From Narcine bancroftii (taxonomy: Eukaryota), in the NCBI RefSeq assembly GCF_036971445.1, contig NC_091471.1, positions 235,352,001 to 235,416,000 on the forward strand: a stretch of 64,000 nt of DNA, written 5' to 3'. The position numbers and the translations under genes were made by a program. The notes beneath the pieces are model-generated. The model searched no databases. It saw nothing but the letters and a program-made list of their open reading frames with translations, and was not told where the DNA came from. Positions 58,701 through 64,000 of this stretch are shown piece by piece (the stretch's first letter is position 1; the number at the start of each line of letters is the position of its first letter).

Positions 58701-61700
58701 CTGAACATATATTATATAAATGGGATGAAAAATTGGTACAACGTAGGAATTCTCCAGTATTACATCATCTGTTCAATATTTGGAAGAAGATTCATGTAGA
58801 AAGGAATAAAACAAATTACCAACTACCAAAACTAATACTGACGCAAAATCAGCTAATCCCTTTTACAATAGATAACCTTTCCTTTAGAGAATGGGAGAAA
58901 AAAGGGATCAAAAGAATAGAAAATTGTTTTTCGGGAAATAAATTATTATCCTTTGAACAAATGAAGGATAAATATAATATAACTCACGATACATTGTTGG
59001 CATACTACCAACTGAAATCCTACCTGAAGGACAAATTGGGAAGCAGTCTGAGATTACCAGAAGGAAGTAATTTTGAATATGTGATTACAGACACAATGAT
59101 GATCAAAAAATTTATAACAAACATGTATATTAAACTACAAGAAAAGGAGAACGAGGAAACAAATGGTAAAACTAAACAAAAATGGGAACAAGATCTAAAC
59201 ATAAAGATAAAGAATGAAACATGGGAGAAGCTATGCTCCGGAACTATGAGAAATACAATAAATACGAGGTTACGTATGATACAATATAACTGGATACACA
59301 GGCTACATTACACCTCAAAAGTTAAATAAATGGGGCCCCACAGTATCTGACAGATGTTTTCGCTGTAAAAAGGAAATGGGAACAACAATTCATGCAATTT
59401 GGACATGTGAGAAAGTGAAAATATTTTGGGAATATCTAAACCAGATATTAAATAAAATCACAAAAAGCAATATACCAAAAAACCCAGAAATCTTCCTCCT
59501 AAGTAACAAAAAACAAAGAATTTGGGCTCGATTTGGATGGAGCACAAAAAAGATTTGTTATGATAGCCCTAGCTGTAGCAAAAAAATGTATTATGTCAGC
59601 CTGGAAATTAGAAGATAACTTGAGAATACAACAATGGTATATAGAAATGAATAAATGTATTCCATTGGAAAAAAATAACATATAATTTAAAAAATAATAT
59701 TACAATATTTGAACAAATATGGGAACAATACATGAAACACAATAGAGAAAACCTACCGTGGACATCTACCACCTATAATGACAGAAGGAGAAGAGAATGA
59801 AAAGAACTGACTCAGTGGAATTTCTTGTTTATTTTTATTGAGTGACAACATTGTTTGACGGGTTTAATGCATCTTATATTCTGAACTTTAAATAAATGGG
59901 AGGGGAGGTGAGGGAGGGAGGGGAGGAGGGAAGGGGGGAGAAAACGACACTATATATTTAAGAAGGAAAATGTATGTATCTTGATCAATATGGTTTATAG
60001 TGTGAAAAATAAAAAATTTAAAAAAAAAATGATTTTGCACTCCGTCTTCAGACAACGATCCGGGTAGATCACGTTAGTGGGGGATGGACACTCCTGTGAT
60101 CCTCTTGGCCGCTCTTATGGTCCTGTGGATTGATGTCCGATCCATTTCTCTGCAGCAACCATACCCACACGGTGATGCAGCCGGCCAGGACACTCTCAAT
60201 AGAGCTCCTGTAGAAGGTTGACGTGAAGGTGGCCGGTTACCTTTCCCACTCTAGTCTTCTCAGGAAGTGCAGTCATTGTGGTGCCTTCCTGACAGGTGAG
60301 AGGATGTTGAGTGTCACTAGTTCAGTGAACTCCAAGGAACTTGGTGTCTCCACTCTCCACTACAGAGTTCTTGATGTGGAGGGTAGTCATCCCTGGTCCA
60401 GCTGAAGTCCACGATTGTCTCCTTCGCCTTGTCCAGGTTGAGACGCAGGTTGTTCCTCTCGCACCATTTCCCAAGATTTTCCACCTCTTTGTAGTGCGAC
60501 TCATCGTGTCATCTGCAAATGGTGATAACACTGTTGGATTTGGATCTGGTGATGTAGTCGTGGGTTAGCAGTGTGAACAGGAGCAGGCCGAGCACTCAGC
60601 CCTGAGGTGTTCGGTGTGACAGTGCTCAATGTTCTGCTACCAACCTGGACAGTCTGGTCTTTCCGTTAGTAAGTCCAGGATCCAGTTACGGAGTCCTGGA
60701 GAGGACCGCTTTTCCACTAGCCTCTGGGGAACGATAGTATTAAACTGAAGTCAATGAACAGCAGACTGGCGTATGAGGCGCCGTTCTCCAGCTGGGCCAG
60801 GACGGAGTGAAGGGACAGGGCTATAGCACCGTCTGTGGAACGTTTTCTTCTGTAGGCGAATTAAAAGTTTTGCCAGTGCTGTAACGTTACCTCACAACTC
60901 TTGAACTCAATCCCCTGACTAATGAAGGCCATAAGCCCATCAACCCATACGGTCTGTAAGGAGTTTGCACATTCTTCCTACATCTGCATGGGTTTCCTCT
61001 CATCCCTCAATATGTACTGGGGATTGTAGGTCCATTGGGTGGCACAGGCTCATGGCCAGAAGGCCCTGTTACCATGCGGAATGTCTACATTTAAATATAA
61101 TCCCTCCCCCCATCAACCTTGGCGGCAACCTTGAGAGATTGATGGACCTGGATTCCAGGATCTCTCAGTTCCTCCACACTTAAACTGCCATCATTTACCA
61201 GGTGCTCTGTCTTCAAGTTCCACTTTGCAAAGGCTTCTCATAAACATGCATCTCTGTGAAGTCTCCTCTCATCCTTCTTCGCTCCAAACTGGAAAGCCCC
61301 AGCTCAGTGAACCTTGCCTCATTAGACACATTCTCCAATCCACACAATGCCCTGGTAAATCTCCTCTGCCCCCTCTCCATAGCTTCCACATCCTTCCTGT
61401 AATGAGGCGACCAGGACCTTCCCCATAACACCACCGGCTCTCATCTTGCTCAGCTGGCTCTCATCTTGCTCAGCTGGCTCTCCAATAGAACCTCGTCAAA
61501 GGCTTCCCACTGAAAACCGCGTCCACTGACCCTTCTTCATGCCTGAGAGGGAGCACGGCTGCGTGCTATCCAGATGAGTCTACCAGTCCATGCGATGTAC
61601 ATTCTGAGAGAGGAAGAGGTAGAGAGAGAATGAGAGAATTAGGAAGAGAGATCAGGGCTGCATTGTTTGATGGGCCTTTGGCTCATTCGGGAGAGGATGC

Positions 61701-63754
61701 ACCCTCAACTCTGATCGTGGGGGGGAAGGGGTGGTGGAGAGAGGAGGAAGAGGTGCCCCCCCCCACTGCTGATGATGTTTGTTTCCCCTTCTCTTCCCCC
61801 AATCCCCCCCCCCCCCAGCGGACGATGAAGGGCCACACCGATTACGTTCATTGTCTGTCCCTCAGGGAGATGCACAACGAGTGCATTTCGGGCAGTGAGG
61901 ACGGTTCCGTCAGGATCTGGGGTGAGTGTCACAACAGGGCCTAGGGTGGGGATGGGGTACACCCTTCTCTTCACCCCCTCTTTCACCATCTCTCCTCCTC
62001 TCTCTTCCCCCCCCACCCCTTTCTCTCCCCTCTTTCAATCCCCCATCCCCAACCCTTCGGTGGCTCTGTGGGGAGGGGCAGGAGGAGGTGCGGGTAGGGT
62101 CTGTTGGAGTGGGTAAGTGCTGGAGGTGGAGATGGGGTCTGTAGGTAGGGGTGAAGCACTGTGTTTTGGGGAGAGGGTATGGGAGGGGGTCCGTGTGGTG
62201 GGGGGATACTCTTGACCCCATCTTTGTCCTGTGCAGATCTGCGGACAGCCACTCAAGTCCAAGTGATCGAACCACATAAGTACGAGGTGGGTAATCCTCT
62301 CATCACCCTGCTCTTACTGCTCCTCCTGTTCCCCCTTCTACTTCCTCCTACCACTCCCCATCCCCTCCTATTACTCCTCTTCACTTCCTCCCCTTCCCAC
62401 ACACCTACCTCCTCTTCCCCCTCACTCCCATCCTCCCTTCCCCCTCACTCCCATCCTCCCCATTACCCTCATCATCCTCTCCCAACGACCTCCCCTTCTT
62501 TCTTCGCCTTCACCTCTTAGAAACATAGAAAATAAGTGTAGGAGGAGGCCATTTGGCCCTTCAACCCTACACCGCCATTCATTTTGATCATGGCTGATCA
62601 TCTACTCAGTACCCTGTTCCAGCTCTCTCTCCATACCTCCTGATCCCCTTAGTCACGTACTAAATCTAACTCTCTCTTAAATATAGCTATGGAACCGGCC
62701 TCAATCACTTCCTGTGGCAGAGAATTCCATAAATTCACCACCCTCTGAGTGAAAAAATTCTTCCTCATCTCAGTCCTAAAACTTCCCCTTTATCTTTAAT
62801 CTGTGACCCCTTGCTCAACATTGGGAACAATCTTCCTGCATCTAGCCTGTCAATTCCCTTAAGAATTTTGAACGTTTCTATTAAATCTCCTCTTAATTGT
62901 CTAAACTCCAGTGAGTACAAGCCCAGTCATTCTAGCCTTTCTTCATATGTAAGTCCCGCCATCCCTGGTATCAATCTGGTAAACCTTTTCTGAACTCTCT
63001 CCATGGCAGTGATGTCCTTCCTCAGATAAGGAGACCAAAACTGAACACAATACTCCAGGTGAGGTCTCACCAAGACCCTGTACAACTCTTCCTCTATCCC
63101 CATCTCTTCCACCCTCTCCCCTCCCCAATTACCCCTGTCTCTCCCCCCCCCCCCTTATCTCTTGGACATTAGTGACCCATGTCCCTGGACTGTTTTCCAG
63201 GAATGTTCCCGCCCGCAGTTTGGCAAGTGGATCGGCTGCCTGACCACTGACTCTGACTGGATGGTCAGTGTTACTGGGGGTGAATTGGGGTTGAGGGGTG
63301 TTGGTAGGGATGGGAATGGTGGGGTTACAGTGGGGTGGAGGGGCAAGGGGGTTATGAGGAGGGGGAAGGGGGTTATGAGGAGGGGCAAGGGGGTTATGAG
63401 GAGGGGCAAGGGGGTTATGAGGAGGGGCAAGGGGGTTATGAGGAAGGGCAAGGGGGTTATGAAGAGGGGCAAGGGGGTTATGAGGAGGGGAAAGGGGGTT
63501 ATGAGGGGCAAGGGGGTTATGAGGAGGGGGAAGGGGTGAATCACATCAGAGACTTCAGCTCCCAGAAATATTCCCAAGGTTTAATAAACATCTTTCCTCC
63601 CTGTCTCCTTCCCCATCCCTCTCTCCCTCCCATCCCCCCACAGGTGTGTGGGGGTGGTCCAGCCCTGACCCTGTGGCACCTGCGCTCAGTGACCCCGACC
63701 ACCATCTACCGGTTGCAAGGCTGCCAGCACCAGGCCATGTTCTACCAGGATCTG
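46611..63754 (+). CDS. THOC6: THOC6, THO complex subunit 6 (WD40), partial: exons 2-11 visible
   Basis: [82 protein letters not shown]; all phases consistent; no frameshifts. Confidence 0.95.
47505..50939. repeat. 18-bp minisatellite (CCGCCCCCTCTCCCCCTG)n, about 190 units, THOC6 intron 2
   Basis: Near-perfect tandem array. Confidence 0.97.
50978..51042 (+). CDS. THOC6: THOC6 exon 3
   Basis: tacag|[21 protein letters not shown]|gtatga. Confidence 0.93.
51135..51302. repeat. 50-bp minisatellite family, reverse orientation
   Basis: TTCACTCTGTGTCCCACCCCGGGAGTGTGTG units. Confidence 0.8.
51323..51426 (+). CDS. THOC6: THOC6 exon 4
   Basis: tccag|[35 protein letters not shown]|gtgagt. Confidence 0.93.
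51673..51710 (+). CDS. THOC6: THOC6 exon 5
   Basis: tttag|[12 protein letters not shown](G)|gtgagt. Confidence 0.88.
52204..52252 (+). CDS. THOC6: THOC6 exon 6
   Basis: gacag|[16 protein letters not shown]|gtaag. Confidence 0.9.
52280..52575. repeat. 50-bp minisatellite family, forward orientation
   Basis: CACACACTCCCGGGGTGGGACACAGAGTGAA units. Confidence 0.82.
52829..52900 (+). CDS. THOC6: THOC6 exon 7
   Basis: cttag|[24 protein letters not shown]|gtgagt. Confidence 0.92.
53125..53472 (+). mobile_element. CR1 3' fragment
   Basis: [32 protein letters not shown]. Confidence 0.75.
53478..54310 (-). mobile_element. 3' end of an older, different L1-clade family
   Basis: Poly-T start; minus strand reads [30 protein letters not shown]. 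Confidence 0.65.
54430..54815 (+). mobile_element. Rex1/Babar-type LINE 3' end
   Basis: [20 protein letters not shown], 3' tail ending ACAATAAATCTGAA. Confidence 0.75.
55005..55170 (+). mobile_element. hAT-type DNA transposon end (single TIR)
   Basis: CAGGGGTGTCAAACTC preceded by CCTTAGAG target-like octamer; no partner TIR found. Confidence 0.6.
55591..60029 (+). mobile_element. L1-clade LINE: inter-ORF spacer, full but frameshifted ORF2 (APE-RT-Cys), 3' UTR, poly-A
   Basis: [64 protein letters not shown]; same family as 7862 and 42269. Confidence 0.95.
60035..60865 (-). mobile_element. Rex1/Babar-type RT fragment (second family)
   Basis: FAYR, LLFIDF, CNWILD, FADDT, TKFLGVH on minus strand. 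Confidence 0.75.
61130..61570 (-). mobile_element. CR1 fragments
   Basis: [30 protein letters not shown]. Confidence 0.75.
61819..61921 (+). CDS. THOC6: THOC6 exon 8
   Basis: cccag|[34 protein letters not shown]|gtgagt. Confidence 0.94.
62237..62286 (+). CDS. THOC6: THOC6 exon 9
   Basis: tgcag|[17 protein letters not shown]|gtgggt. Confidence 0.92.
62520..63088 (-). mobile_element. CR1 3' end
   Basis: [39 protein letters not shown]; tail ends in CTATGTTTCTA. Confidence 0.85.
63201..63263 (+). CDS. THOC6: THOC6 exon 10
   Basis: tccag|[21 protein letters not shown]|gtcagt. Confidence 0.94.
63340..63535. repeat. 21-bp G-rich tandem repeat in THOC6 intron 10
   Basis: (GGGCAAGGGGGTTATGAGGAG)n, about 9 units. 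Confidence 0.9.
63644..63754 (+). CDS. THOC6: THOC6 exon 11
   Basis: cacag|[37 protein letters not shown]|gtgagc. Confidence 0.94.
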
Positions 63755-64000
63755 GTGAGCACCGTGGGGGAGGGGGCAGGCAGTGGGGTAGGGGTCAGAC
63801 AGGAATGGGGAGGGAGTCAGACAGGAATGGAGGAGGGGATGGGGAGGGGGTCAAATGCAGGAGGGAGACGTCAAAGAGGATGGGGAGGGGTCAAATAGGA
63901 ATTGGATTTCTTTGAGGAAGTGACCGCCAGGCTGGATAAGGAACATGCAGATGGCCTCTGACAAGGTACCGCACATGAGGCTACTTAACAAGATATGGTC

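Noticed and set aside
63335-63535. EEGQGGY repeat protein
   Set aside because: A 21-bp intronic repeat between two well-defined THOC6 exons.

Overview
Vertebrate genomic DNA, probably a cartilaginous fish (inferred from the CR1, L1, Rex/Babar, RTE and V-SINE repeat mix). The window is GC-rich, repeat-dense and has two assembly gaps (28555-28850, 41898-42097). It holds four spliced housekeeping genes that I reconstructed exon by exon. LENG1 (minus, 3 coding exons, intact), PUS3 (minus, 4 coding exons) and RUSF1/C16orf58 (minus, 13 coding exons) lie in tandem. THOC6 (plus, 10 intact exons visible, first exon missing, runs off the window) is head-to-head with RUSF1. RUSF1 and PUS3 keep canonical splice sites but carry 10 single-base indels, mostly in homopolymers, which are most likely consensus errors. 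The most interesting observations are a Cys/His-rich 13-aa repeat N-terminal extension on PUS3, a TSD-flanked L1 whose endonuclease is deleted in frame, a +1 frameshift shared by all three L1 copies, a 28-bp satellite derived from the CR1 RT, a 1.3-kb inversion splitting a Rex element, inverted repeats around THOC6 exons 4-6 and a 3.4-kb homogeneous 18-bp G4-type array. No prokaryote-type or clearly new system is supported. Gene identities and orthologue comparisons come from recalled protein sequences, not a database search.
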